Assembly (NCBI RefSeq): GCF_004010195.1
Contig: NC_057719.1
Span: 75,780,064 to 75,844,063, forward strand
DNA: 64,000 bases
Origin: Chiloscyllium plagiosum
Lineage: Eukaryota
Reading direction: 5' to 3'
The translations under genes were made by a program, and so were the position numbers. Positions 1 to 13,780 of the stretch are shown piece after piece. Numbering within the stretch: position 1 is the stretch's first letter; each line of letters starts with the position of its first letter. Under the pieces are notes generated by a model. It was not told the DNA's origin and searched no databases. It saw only the letters and a list, made by a program, of their open reading frames with translations.

Positions 1-59
1 TCTGAATCTCCAGATTTAAAAATGATTGTAAATAAATGCTTGGTAGCACTTGTTAAAAG

Positions 60-1395
60 GCGACTAGAAATTGAAGGTATTCATCTTGAACTCATCAGAA
101 CTAAACACAAAAAAAACCTTAACCCAAGGACACCATTTTATAGAGCATGAGAAGAGGATGCTGATTGGTTGGGTCATCATTAACATGGAGATACAATAGG
201 AACAGTTAACTGTCAATCTTAATTCTCAGGAATGAAAGCAGATTCTGATTGGTTAGGGTGTTGCCATGGCAGTGCAGCAGAATTTGACTGTCTCCATGGC
301 ATTTGTTTTGAAAAATAGGAGCAATATACGTACAAACTCCTTTGCCCATATAAAACATGGTCCTGTGCATTAGCTGAGACAAGGGGTTTAAGAGCATGGA
401 GCTAATATTGGAATTGCATAAAATTATGGTTAGGTCACAACTAGGGTATTGTGTACAGTTCTGGAATCCACATTATAGGAGGATTTTGATAGCACTAGAG
501 AGGGTGCAGTGGAGCGTTAGCAGGAAATTGCCTGTTCTGGAGATTTTCAGTTCTGAAGAGAGTTTGGACAGATGAGGGTTGTTTTCCTTGGAGCAGAGAG
601 ATTGAGAGGGGACATGATTGAGATGTATAAAATTACTTGCTGTCCACTGTGAGTGGTCAATGGGCCGTGTTTGACATGTCCCATCAGTCGTTGAGATGTA
701 TGGCCTTTGTACTTGGCATCACACTGGCACTCAAACTCATATATCACATTACTCAATTCTGTGGTGGACAACTTGTTTTTTTGACTTGACAGCAGTATCC
801 TGTTAGTGGAGAAAATCACTCGTAGATTTACTACCATATAGCAGCTAGCTTCACTTGTTCAGATTGTTGAAACACCTTACCCTTCCACGGTAATCTGAGA
901 TAGATAGGGCACCTTCCAGGGCCAAAACTGGTGGACTTATTTCATGAGGTTTCAAGGACTGTGCACTAAGAGTTACACTTGAAACCTATTTAACATCATC
1001 AGTCAGGCCTGCGATAGGATTAGGGTTTGTGTGATGTATTTGCATGTGTTGGAAGTTACACACATAAATATAAAGGAACCTGTTTTACATCAGCAAAAGG
1101 CATTTGCACACACAGCACTTATTTCAAAGATAAAAGGGTCATAGAGATAGCTAAACTATGCTGTATCCCCATACTAATCTCTGCCAAATCAGAATCTACA
1201 TGCCTGGTATGAGAATTAAGATTGACAGTTAACTGTTTTTTGCTGCAACTCCATGTTAATGATGGCCCAACCAAATAGTGTCCTCTTCTTGTGTAACATG
1301 TGGTCCCCGGTTCAAGTCTGTTTCTTGCTTACCTAATTCAGATGAGTGCAAGACAAAAAACTTCAATCTCTAGCCTCCTTTTAGCAATGCTTAAA
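60..1395. mobile_element. Penelope-like remnant of the same family, with a CR1 fragment (about 370-640) inside
   Basis: SNVIYEFECQCDAKYKGHTSQRL (GIY-YIG-like) on the - strand. Terminal-repeat copies at about 60-370 (-) and 1200-1395 (+). Confidence 0.7.
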
Positions 1396-1496
1396 TGGCA
1401 TTGTCCGGTCCAAAGTACAACAAACAGTAACTCCGTACAAATGGGGCCACTAATCAAAAATGTTGAGCTCTGTTAAAAGGGAAATATGGAGCATGG

Positions 1497-1805
1497 TTAG
1501 ATTCCCTACAGTGTGGAAACAGGCCATTCACCCCAACAAGTCTACACCGACCCTCCGAAGAACAACCCACCCAGACCCATTTCCCTCTGACTGATGCACC
1601 TAACACAATGGGCAATTTAGCATGGCCAATTCACCTAACCTGCATATCTTTGGACTGTGCGGGGAAACTGGAGCACCCAGAGGGAACTCATGCAGACACA
1701 GGGAGAATGTGCAAACTCCACACAGACAGTCACCCAAGGCTGGAATTGAACCTGTGACCCTGGTGCTGTGAGGTAGCAGTGCTAACTATTGAGCCACCAT
1801 GCCGC
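1497..1805 (-). mobile_element. HE1-type tRNA-derived V-SINE
   Basis: Reverse complement of GGCACGGTGGCTCAGTGGTTAGCACTGCTGCCTCACAGC...GTGTGGAGTTTGCACATTCTCCC, ending in a CR1-like tail. Confidence 0.9.
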
Positions 1806-3919
1806 GTCCATGCTGTTCCCCCAGCGATGTTTGACGAGTAGCCTGGATAGTAGGGCTCTTTGTAACTTGATGTTGCACTTCAGCAATGCTGTATAGCTCT
1901 AAGGGGATTGTGGCAGAGTGCTTATGTCAGCAGATTAGTCATCCAGAGTCCTGCTAATGCCCTGGAGACTTGAGTTCAAATCCTATCACAGCTAGAATTG
2001 AAGACGAGACCTTTATGGGTGACCAGATAGGCTACCATCAATCATCATAAAAACCCATCTGGTTCACTAATGTCCTTTAGGGAAGGAAATTTGCCATCCT
2101 GACTTGGTCTGGTCTATATGTGACTCCAGATTCAGGGCAATGTGTTTGGTGTTGTATAAGCTATTGGGTCTGAGAAATTTGATGCTGGAGTTGCATTTAG
2201 CTCCCCAGACTGATGTGTAACAGCCTTTGAATTGAGAATCAGTAGTCCAACATGATTTCCTGATGGAGACAGAAATGACATATCTGATAATCTTAAGTAA
2301 TTGTGCTTAACCAGTTAATGTTCATTATATCTATTGCTATCATACAGTAAACAATATATTTTATGTAAGCCTGTTTTTGTTTTCAGACTCCATAGTGTTC
2401 TATCCTGTACCATTAATAATTAAGCAGGCCTTTAGATACAGTATAGCAAGGATTGTTAACAGCAACCTACTCTTACCTCAAACCCAAGTCCTGAGTAGTT
2501 GATACTCAGCTGGTTCTTAACTTCCCTCTGGAATGGCCAAGCAAGCCCCTCAGTTCAAGGGAAATTGAAAATGGATAATAAATACTGGTCTTGCCTGTGA
2601 CATCTGCATCCAACAAAAGAATAAAGAACATGGCCCCGTTTGCATGTAGGAAAATGTTACGTGAGGCTGTTCTCCATCTCTGTAGAATAGAATGATTGTG
2701 GTGAAAGGTTCATCCACTTAAATATAAAGGGCCCTTACCTTCTAGTAACTGAGGAATTTAATCCTAGGCTGTTAATATACCGGAGACAGTTTAATACAGC
2801 AGAAATGAAAGAGACTGAGGTGAGGAGATCTCATTTGCTGTAAACATGAGGTGTAACAGAAATATTATCCCTTGACTATATACTTAGCTATTTTTGTGTT
2901 TGTAATTGAGCCATGGGACAAAATTGCAATACATGGAGAAATTACTTTGCACATTGGTGCTATTTCTGAGTCAATGGTTCAAAGTAGTTTGGCTGTGTAG
3001 ATAAAAAAGAATGTTTGCTGCTTCAACTGACGCTATTATCATATGACCAGAAACCCATACCTTGATCTATATAACATACTCATAGCATGTGAAATATGAG
3101 ATCAATTCAATTGGAATATTTTCAATGCCAAGGACACTCTCTTATAGTTTTCCACTCAGAATCTTTTGTGTGGTTATTCCACCACTGTCTTTTGTACAAT
3201 TTTAATACTATTGATCTCTCTCTGCCTCTTAAATCATCCTCCTCTATAAATATTGAGCCAGCTCCTTGTTAAATTTGTCAGTTGACTCCAAGTGAACTAC
3301 TTTCTTTGAGTATCTAATCCATGCTCCAAACTCCTCACAAAGGAGATTCAAAGGAAACAAGCTCAGCTTTAAGACAAAATTGTTCTTGTCTGAACAGATC
3401 TGTTGATATATGAAAGGTCAGCTGTCTATTTGCACCTCCTTACATCTGGGCCAATTTCACAAATGTTGTAATGTAAAACTATTCAAAATGTTAGAAGCAA
3501 TTGGATGATCCAGCCTATGTAAAGGAATATAGAAGCTTCCAAAACCATAGAGGTCAATTAGCAATGTTTTTATTCTTAAAGACATTTTTTAGAACTGCAG
3601 GTAACTTGTATACAATGCAACAAGTCCACCTCCTCTCAGCATGGTTGAGTTATTGGAATTATTTGAAATGTGGCAATAAGAGTTCAGGCTTAGAAATGTG
3701 AGCCAGTAGCCAGACAATCAGTTCGATTTGTGGAATCTTACAGGAGGCCATCCAGTCCAATATAACGTGCTCGCTCTTTGAAAGAGCTCTTGCTCCTTGG
3801 GTTATGACAGCAAGCACAGGGATGTGGAACTAAGTTCCTTAGCTTCAACTACGTGCTCCTTTAAAATGTTTTGTTTTTTTGTGACATATGGACTCAGCGT
3901 CTGTCATTCTTCAGGTAGT

Positions 3920-4153
3920 CGAAGGTGAGGACTGCAGATGCTGGAGATTAGAGTCAAGATTAGAGTGATGCTGGAAAAGCACAGCAGGTCAGGCAGCATC
4001 CTAGGAGCAGGAAAATACACGTTTCGGGTAGGAGCCCTTCATCAGCCTGACCTGCTGTGCTAGGCAGCATCCTAGGAGCAGGAAAATACACGTTTCGGGT
4101 AGGAGCCCTTCATCAGCCTGACCTGCTGTGCTTTTCCAACACCACTCTAATCA
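3920..4153. mobile_element. Short palindromic PLE-derived element with an internal 71-bp tandem duplication
   Basis: gtgaggactgcagatgctggag head and two - strand HHR cores (4039-4045, 4110-4116). TSD tcattcttYagRtagt at 3904-3919 and 4154-4169. Confidence 0.8.
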
Positions 4154-4941
4154 TCATTCTTTAGATAGTGTTTGTTTCAAGCTAAGTAGCTTTTAGAAAG
4201 TACTTCTAACCGTCCAATTTACAGCTGGAAGAATGTCACACCCCAATTTCACATTTTCAATCTTTTACCATAAAAATGACTGAAAACACTGTTGACTGAA
4301 CACTGTTTTTCAAAGTAACATATTTTGGGCAGCCTCCTAAGTTATTTACTCAAGATTCCTCAGGGGCCTCCACACCCCAGCCCATTGTGAAATGAGCCTT
4401 TGTACATTGTTCTAAGTGAAGTAAAGGACTCACATTTCTACAGAAACTTTCCCTGTCACATGACGTCTCAACATACTTTACAAATCAAAAAGTATTCTAA
4501 GAGCATCTTAACAATGTGATTGCCTGCTATAGTCCTTTCTCTTTTCGGTTATGTGTTTCTTTTTATTTACTCGATAAGTTCAGTTATGTTCAGAAATGAA
4601 ACGCTGCCTTGTATATTAACTTGCGGAAAGGTTCCCTTTCCCTATGCTGAGAATGTTGCTTGACCTCCCAGCCTCGCTGCAGAGTGACAATTTCAGTTAC
4701 CACACATAACAGCTCTGGCTTTTTCACAGTGACATTGACCATCTTAGAGGCCACAAAAGCAATTTGTGTAAACTTGACAGCATAATCCAGACGGACATTC
4801 ATGAGGGAATGCTGCAGTTTTAGAGATGCCATCTTTCAAATAAGCTTCTGCCCTCTCAAATAAGATGGAAATGTTCCTGTGGCACTTTTTCAGAAAAATA
4901 GGGTTTTTTGCAGTGTCCTGACCAATATCTCTTGTTCACTT

Positions 4942-5517
4942 TGTTATGGACCAGACCACACGCTCTCAAAATATTTTAAGAAGATAGCCTAGACCTTACT
5001 TTTTTTTATTTTAAAGGCAAATATAAAATGCTGCATTCCAGATGCAATTCGACTGGTCAAACTACTCGATATTAAGCAAAACTTGATGATAAGCAAAACC
5101 CAATTTATTTAAACACTATAGTTAAAATACAACAAAATAAACAAGATATAAAATGCTGTGTTCCAGATGCAATTTGACTGGTCAAACTACTTGATTTTAA
5201 GCAAAACTCGATATTAAGCAAAACACAATTTATTTAAACACTATAGTTAAAATGCAACAAAATAAAGAAGAACTTAGAATATTGGAAAACTTAACTGAAT
5301 AATGGATACAGTATATACTACTAATTAACTGTTCCAATATGTAACACTCCAGAAACAAACCCCTTGGCAAAAAGGCCAATTCAGACAGAGATTTTCTCAC
5401 ATAAAACGCCCACAAGCTTTTTATGTTGCCACCGACCGCTCGGCACTTTCCCGTTCAATCTCTCTCTTAAAAGAAACCAGGACAAAATACACATCTTAAA
5501 GCCACAGTGTAGTCGCA
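4942..5517 (-). mobile_element. Solo LTR-like element with an internal duplication of about 125 bp
   Basis: TGTTATGGACC...CGCA ends with flanks actt/acta. One end resembles 20090. About 5020-5140 is repeated at about 5146-5268. Splits a DeuSINE-like repeat. Confidence 0.6.
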
Positions 5518-6988
5518 ACTAACAAGCAACATCATTCATCACATTGTTGTTCATGGACATAGCTATGTCCAAAGTTGTCTAACATACTTTGTAAAATACA
5601 ACAATGATTTCAGTTTGTAGAATTACAAAGGACATACAGCTGAGAAACAGCTCATTTGGCCCATGAGGTTGTGACGCTTTCCTTGGTTCCTCACTTAGCC
5701 TCAACTTAATTTCATCTATGCGAGTTAGCTCAGGGGTGAGTGCCTCAACAGGACCGACTCATCTGATTATTTCCCCTATTGTAACCTCTCTTGTCAATTC
5801 CTATTGGGGAGAATCGCATCTGATGTTTCCAGTACATTTCTTGGCTCATAGCTGAGTGACCATTTTATGCTAATGGCCTGTTATTTTGCCACTCCCCACA
5901 AGTGGAAACTCTCTTTGTCGACATCATCAAAATCTCTCAGATGTGCTAAGACCTCGATTAGGCCACCCTTCAGTCATTTTTATCCCAAAGAAAAGACAGT
6001 CATCTGCTTATTTCACTCTGAAAGGTGTCATAGAATCATAGAATTCCTACAGCGTGCAAATTCACTGTATGAATTTGCCTACAGGCCATTTGGCCAAAGA
6101 CCTCACAATTCTGGTATCATCCTTGTAATTTATTGTTTGCACCCTCTCCATTTTTCTATGTTCTGTTCATAACAAGATGACTAGATCTATGCACAATTTC
6201 AAATACTCCATTGCCTGTAAAGAACTTTAAGACACTGTGAGGTTGCGATAGATAAATGCAGGATAAACAAGCTGTGCCTTCTTTGAAGCGAAATCCACAC
6301 ATTTAATGCCATGTATGTGTGGATGTGATCAGATTTTATCTTTAATTGAATTCTGATGGAGAATACACGAGATGTCCTCTATATTCTCCTGTCTCTGCTA
6401 ATGAATGGGAAAAAGCTGTAACAGAATGAGAGTACGCAGAATAAAATTACTTTATTAGATTTATTTACAAGGTAAATAACATTAAAAAAAAGAGAAAGAT
6501 ACCACAGCATTTAACAAATAAACGTCGAATCAGACCGCAGTGAATAATATACTGAATTTATTTGAATGTGGTAAACAATGGGACTTGTGGATCTGTCAGT
6601 ACTATTGTTTCCTTCAGGGCTCAATGAGGATAAAGAGTTCATAAAGAGAGAGACAAATAATTATAGCTTGAGAGGCAAAACTTTGCATCAAGTACAGCTG
6701 ACAAAAGACCTCCAAAAAGATCCTTTGTAACTCTTGGCAGCCAGCAGTGCCAACAATATGCCTTTTGTCAGCTAAACCTCTTGAGATTTGAGTCACTTTA
6801 GGAATAGGCCACAGGTACTCATGCACAGTTTGGTCACAGGACCAACACTATGCCCTGGGATATTGGTGCTGCCATGCCCTGGCAGTTACTGGGATCTTTA
6901 TGGGAGAGCTAAGTGCTGGATATGGACGCGTGACAGTCCCAACTATCCAGGTTAGGAATCCAAGCAATGGTTGCCAGGCCAAAAGTGC

Positions 6989-7820
6989 TGTTATGATACA
7001 TAGATCTCATACACCAACATAATCTGGATGAAAGTAGCAATATACAGTGATAGTGTTAAGAATGTATAACTTTATTAATCTTAAAATATATCTTGTATTT
7101 TGTGTGTTATGAATGTGAAGACGTGGTTTGTCATCTCCAGAACTTAATTTGTGAACTTGGGGCTATGATGCAGAGACGTGTAGAGGTCTGTTTTATTTAA
7201 GCGCAATTTAGTGAAATTTTACAAACTTGACTTGAAGAGCTGAGGGGTGATTAACAGTTCACTAAAAATTATTTTTTGAATCATTAGAACAGGAGAAAAA
7301 GCACTATTGCTGTTGTTGTCAGGGGTTCAGCTAGACAAAGGAAAAGTATAATCCAGTAAGAGGCAGCCTGTGCATTGTTATGTCAGCTGGATAGCAGAGT
7401 TTGGGAAACATGTATTCATTCTGAATTTAAAGTAATTTTGAGTTTAGTTCGCAGTATATTAGCTGAAGAAAATAGCATCCAGTGAATGTACAGAAATTCA
7501 CTGGAAGGAATTCAATTACAGCTGTCCCAGCCAAAATCTGAGGTTTGGGTGTGTGAGAATATTGCTGAGGAAAGAAGTACAGTATTGTGGTGAGTTTCAG
7601 TCCTTTCCTGATTTCCTGTTCCAAACTTTTGTTTTGCCATGTGTAATTTAGTTCATATTTCTTTCTTATTTAATAAATGCTTTATTCTTTGTGTTAAAAG
7701 CACAGTCCTTGTAAATTTGTTCAGTGAGTGACCTTCACAGTTAAAAGTTAGGATTTAAGAAGGCACTTTTGGTTCTGGGTTCAGCCTTGTCTGGTATTAG
7801 CATCAGCTGGGATCATAACA
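6989..7820 (+). mobile_element. Probable solo LTR
   Basis: Inverted ends TGTTATGAT...ATCATAACA and AATAAA near 7672. The TSD is degenerate (gtgc/atgt). Confidence 0.55.
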
Positions 7821-9339
7821 ATGTATAGAACTGCAGTGAACTGAGAAAGATGCCTATGATCCCTTGTGAACAAAAGCTAATTAAACTTTTATTTGGAAGT
7901 TGCAAATCCTCAGAGCTAAATGATTACCTCTTCATTTATTGAGTTTAAGGTGGTTAATCTAGTCTTTAGTCCATACATTGAAGCATTATTTGTGCCTCTC
8001 CACAAATGCATAAAGTACTGAGAGGATGGAGCCCTGGTCTATCTTAACCTGACTAACATAGACCACTTCTGCTGTGCTAGCTCAAAGCTTGGTGAGATGA
8101 TAAATTCAAACCCACTGCGCCAGTCAAGTGAGAGAGAGAAAGTGACCATTTTGAAAGATTGATATTCACAGGGCTAAGAAGTTAGTAAATCATACGGCCC
8201 CTGATTTTTGTCTAGCAATTCAAAAGGGTGTAACATGGGAATCTAAGTGTCCATGATTTTTGGGCAAGTTTCATACAGTATTCGGAATGTGCAATTTGAA
8301 AAAAACAGTCCTTCCATCCTTTAACCTAAAGATTCGTAGCATGATGTTTAACGAGTATGTCTGCTCTCCCCTGCTGTCACCTACTCTCCCCAACCTCATA
8401 AGAATCTTTAGCCAGAAGCAAAATGTATGACGTACCAGCAGCAGCATGCACTGTGTGGACGTATATGTTTGGAATAGAACTGGCGCATTAGCAAGTACTA
8501 ATGTTGTAATTTGTTTTGCTGCAGTGTGGGAGGTTTATTGGCAAAATATGAAACTTGTGCTTAGGAACAGGGGAGTGCTGAAGTGTTTTGAGGCAAAGCG
8601 TGGGTGCAAGGTATGTTTTTGTGCTGCGGCAATTTGAAATATAGATCTGGAGCTTCCAAACATTCATCCAGCATAAGCATTCCAAATTGACGAGCCGCTG
8701 GGTATTTCATGAAAAGTGAATTATCCTTTAATGAGGCAGCTGAAGGTTATGTTTTAATCACGCTGGATGAGGGAGAGTAAAGTTGATTATGTGTTTTAAT
8801 ATTCTGTATTCATTTATTATTAAAAAATAGCAGCTTTCTCTGTCAAGTATGCAACGACTTTTTTCTATAATTTTCTTTTCTCCATCCCTTCTGTGCTGAC
8901 CCAAGGTTGGGACCATAATTCCGTGGGCATCAGCTGCTTGATCCACAGCTCACATGACAATTCCATGTTATTGGGAAGTGGATGTGAGGGCTGGTGAGCT
9001 ATTCAACCATGAGGGCATTGTATTCCCAATTGGATCTGCTACACTCCACTTGTAGCGTGTCTACAAGGCCACTCACCTCCTGAGCAGAGACAGCACAATC
9101 GGAGAGTCTGGTGGGTAGGTATTGCTGCTGCAGGAATCAGGTTTCATGTCGGTTCCATTTAGTTACATCTCCTAGGTCTGACAAACAGGTGTGAGGACTG
9201 AAATAGTCACTCAACCATGATTTTCCCTGACGCGGCCAATGGCTGACCTGGAAACATTCGACTAAGGATAGCAGGCAGGCTTTTGGAACTGGAGGCACAA
9301 TCAATGCAAAGTGCTGTCCACCTTGAGACTGTCACGGAG

Positions 9340-9659
9340 TTTAGATTAGATTACTTACAGTGTGGAAACAGATCCTTCGGCCCAACAAGTCCATACCTAC
9401 CCGCTGAAGCGCAACCACCCAGACCCATTCCCCTACATTTTACCCTTGCACCTAACACTGTGGGCAATTTATCAGGGCCAATTCACCTAACCTGCACATT
9501 TTTGGACTGTGGGAGGAAACCGAAGCACCCGGAGTAAACCCACGCAGACACGGGGAGAATGGGCAAACTCCACACAGTCAGTCGCCTGAGGTGGGAATTG
9601 GTCCCAGGTCTGTGGCGCTGGGAGGCAGCAGTGCTAACCACTGTGCCACCGTGCCGCCC
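9340..9659 (-). mobile_element. HE1-type V-SINE
   Basis: Same head, core and tail as the other copies. Confidence 0.9.
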
Positions 9660-9967
9660 ACTTAGGCAAGTACAGAGAGAGAGAGAGGTTGAAAAATGAC
9701 GATTCTCTCTTTGTTTTTCTCTCTCAAACTCCTTGAAATCTTACTTTAAAATAGAAACATAGCTACCGGGCCACCACCAGGAAAGGGAGACGGTCATCTT
9801 GTGCCTCCTCCTGTACCATAGTGAATGGAGTAATCTCTGAGTCTGCCTGGAGCACCACATCTTCCAGTCTGTGGCCAAGGTGCCTGTCTCCAGGGACCAA
9901 ACCTGTGCCCCACCTCCTGCTGGAGGCTGTTTGGAAAATCTCAGCTGCCCCCCCCCCTTAATTGGAT

Positions 9968-10250
9968 TCATAGAACATAGAACATACAGCTCAGGAACAG
10001 GCCTTCCATACCACGACGTGCCGAACATAACGCCAAATTAAACTCATCCCTTCTGCCCGCCTTTGGTTCAAAACCTTCCATTCCTTGTGTATTTGTGCTT
10101 CTCTAAAAGCCTCTTAAATGCCCCTCTTGTACCTGCCTCCACTGCTACCTCTGGAACATTCCAAGCACCTACTATTCTCTTGGTGTAAAAAAGAAATTAA
10201 CTCACTCCTCATATCTCCTTTGAACTTTTCCCCCTCTCACCTTAAAAGCA
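9968..10250 (-). mobile_element. CR1 3' tail
   Basis: (catagaa)n tail followed by CR1 C-terminal homology. Confidence 0.75.
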
Positions 10251-10465
10251 TTCACTTGGCTTCTTAGTCAACCTGGTCGAGGTAGTGGTCAGTCTTCGCT
10301 GTTGAACAGTGGGTCTAGAGTCCAAGTCGAGCTGAAGGGAGTCATGTTCAGCACTGCCCATCTCCAATACCATCCCAAGCAGAGGCTGGAAATCCGGCCC
10401 GGGTTCCTCTTTATAGAGTTGTTGCTCAATTGCTCCTGACTCAAGCAGCAGTTGCTTTCACTGAT

Positions 10466-10803
10466 CATAGATTCCCCTACAGTGTGGAAGCAGACCCTTC
10501 GGCCAACAGGTCCACATGAACCCTCTGAAGAGCAACCCATCCAGACCCATTCCCTTACTACTCTTCATTTCCACGGACTAATGCATCTAACCTATACATC
10601 CTTGAACACTGTGGCCAGTTTAGCGTGGCCAATCCACCCTAACCTGCACGTGTTTGGATTGTGGGAGGAAACCGGAAGGAAACCCACGCAGACACAGGGA
10701 GAATGTGCAAACTCCACACAGACAGTCACCCGAGGTTTGAATCGAACCGGGCTCCCTAGTGCTCTAGGGCAGTAGTGCTAATCACTGAGCCGCCATGCCA
10801 CCC
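10466..10803 (-). mobile_element. HE1-type V-SINE
   Basis: Same head, core and tail as the other copies. Confidence 0.88.
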
Positions 10804-12119
10804 CACACTGATAGAACAGCGGTTGTAGTTTGTGTACCATTACTTTGGAGAGTCATGCGCGAGTTTCGTGCGGAAGGTCTCCAATACCGTTTATCTCACA
10901 GAGACCCTGGGAGACTGTTAGATTCAGTGGTGATTTTGTGTTATTTGGCTGGGTGTAGAAGTGAGTTTGGGGCGTGATTGGGAATGCAATGGTTATATAT
11001 TCCTGAGCTGTGTGGCATTGATAGGGTGTGATAAAGTCTTCTTTGTTATATCCATTTTGTTTTTGAACTGAACAAGCCAGCAACTTACAACCAGTAATAA
11101 TGAATTTTTTGAGAAGATACCTAGGCAATGATAAATGAAATTCAATCCAGGAATGTGTGAAGTCATGCACTTGAGGAAGGCTAGCAGGCAAGGGATTTCA
11201 ATATGAATTGTTGGGCCCTGGGAAGTACTGAAGAGCAGGGGGCCCTGTCCACAGATGTCTGACAGTCAAGTGTATAAGATGTTTCGAAGGCATATGGGTT
11301 ACTTGTCTTTATTTTTTTCAAAGCGGCCCTTTCAGAGATGTTATTACACACCTCTGGAGCAGGTGGAACTTCAAACCAGGCCTCAATGATCAATGCCACA
11401 AGACCCCTTTATTAGCTGCGGTCTCGAATATAAGAACAGGGAGGTGATGCTGGAACTGTATAAAATGCTGGCTAGAATATATGAACACAAGAACTAGGCC
11501 CTTCAAACCTGCTCTGCCATTCAATAAGACCATGGCTGATCTTTTCATGGACTCAGCTCCACTTACCTGCATTTTCACCATATCCCTTAATTCCTTTATT
11601 TTTCAAAATAAGTCTACTTTAGCTTTAAAAGTGTTTACTGAAGTAGCGTCAACTAATTCCCTAGGCCAGGAATTCCATAGATGAACAACCCTCTGGGTGA
11701 AGAAGTTCCTTCTCAATTCACTCCTAAACCTGCTCCCCCTACTTTTGAGACTATACCCTCTTGTCCTAGTTTCACCTGCCAGTGGAAGCATCCTCTCTAC
11801 TTCTATCTTATCTATTCCCTTCATAATTTTACATGTTTCTATAAGATTCCCCCCCTCATTCTTCTGAATTCCAATAAATATAATCCCACTCTACTCATAA
11901 GCCAACCCCCTCAACTCTGGAATCAACCTAGTGAACTCCTTCAGTGCCAGTACATCCTTTCTCAAGTAAGGAGACCAAAACTGCATACAGTACTCCAGGT
12001 GTGGCCTCACCAGCACCTTGTACAGCTGTAACGTAATCTTCTTGCTTGTTAACTCAGTCCCTTTGGCAATGAAGGACAAAATTCCATTTGCCTCCCTCAG
12101 TACTTGTTGTACCTGCAGA

Positions 12120-12240
12120 CCTGGAGGAATATGGGCCGGGTGCTGGCAGGTGGGACTAGATTGGGTTGGGATATCTGGTCGGCATGGATGGGTTGGACTG
12201 AAGGGTCTGTTTCCTTACTGTACATCTCTATGACTCTATG
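12120..12240 (+). mobile_element. HER1/CR1 3' tail inserted into the LINE
   Basis: Typical tail ending ctctatgactctatg, with GACCT duplicated on both sides. Confidence 0.75.
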
Positions 12241-12633
12241 ACCTACCCTCTGTGATTCATGCACAAGGACACCCAGGTCCCTATGCATATCAACATGCTG
12301 CAACTTTTTACTATTCAAATAATAATCTTTTTTACTGTAACTCCTCACAAAGTGTATGACTTCACATTTATTAACATTGCATTCCATCTGCCAGACCTTT
12401 GCCCACTCACTCAATGTATCTATGTTCCTCTGCAAAGTTTCACAGTCCTGTGCACACTTTGCTCTGCCACTCAACTTCATGTCATTTGCAAACTTTGACA
12501 CCATATACATGGTCCCCAACTCCAAATCATCTATATAAATTGTGAATAATTGCAGTCCCAAAACTGATCCCTGAGGCACACCACTAGTCACTATTTGCCA
12601 GCCAGAATAGCACTCAGTTATCCGCACTCTTTG

Positions 12634-12938
12634 GATGGATTAAATTACTTACAGTGTGGAAACAGGCCCTTCAACCCAAGTCCACACCGACGCGCAACCC
12701 ACCCAGACCCGTTCCTCTACATTTACCCCTTCACCTAAAACTACGGGCAATTTAGCATGGCCAATTCACCTAACCTGCACACTTTCGGACTGTGGGAGGA
12801 AACCGGAGCACCCGGAGGAAACCCACGCAGACACGGGGAGAATGTGCAAACTCCACGCAGTTGCCTGAGGCGGGAATTGAACCCAGGTCTCTGGCGCTGT
12901 GAGGCAACAGTGCTAACCACTGTGCCACCGTGCCACCC
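12634..12938 (-). mobile_element. HE1-type V-SINE inserted in the CR1 RT domain
   Basis: Interrupts the LINE at W(L)SCRKQ|RVRIT, with a short CTTTG duplication. Confidence 0.9.
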
Positions 12939-13639
12939 CACTTTGCTTCCTGCACGACAACCAATCCTTTATCCATGCAAATACTGTACCCGTAATGCCA
13001 TGCATTTTTATCTTATTCAGCAGTCTCTTGTGCGGCACCTTGTTGAAGGCCTTTTGGAAATCTAGATACACTACATCCACTGGGTCCCCATTGTCTACCT
13101 TGCTCATAATGTCTTCATAGAATTCCAAAAGATTTGTCAAGCATGACCTGTCCTTCATGAACTCATGCGGTGTCTGTACAATGGGACAATTTCTTTTGAG
13201 ATGCCCTGCTATTTCTTTCTTGATAATCAACTCAAGCATCTTCCCTACTGCACAGGTTAAGCTCACTGGTCTATAATTCTTTTGTCTACCTCCCTTTTTA
13301 AACAGTGGTGTCACAGTTGCTGTTTTCCAATCTGCTGGGACTGCCCCAGTGTCTAACGAATTTTAGAAAATTACTGCCAGTGCGCCTGCTATTTCTCCCA
13401 GCATCTCTTTTAGTACCCTGGGATGCATTCCATCAGGGCTAGGAGACTTGTCTACCCTTAGCTCCATTAGCTTGCCCAACACTAGCTTTTCCGTAATTGT
13501 TTCCAGGTCCTCACTTACCTTTGTCTCTTTGTCACTTACTGGCATGTTATTAGTGTCCTCCACTGTGAAGACCGATACAAAATACATGTTCAATGCCTCA
13601 GCCATTGCATCATATCCCATAACTAACTGCCCCTTCTCA

Positions 13640-13780
13640 TCGATTCATATTTCTTCTATATTGTGTGATTGGTTAAAAGTTTATTCTTTTATTATTTATC
13701 TATTCATTGGTTATTTAAATAAGACCATAGCAGAGAAGGACTGGAAATTATTTAACTCATAAATCTGTATAAATTAATTA
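13640..13780. repeat. 141-bp inverted copy of 15853-15993
   Basis: Reverse complement matches with a single mismatch. Confidence 0.95.
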
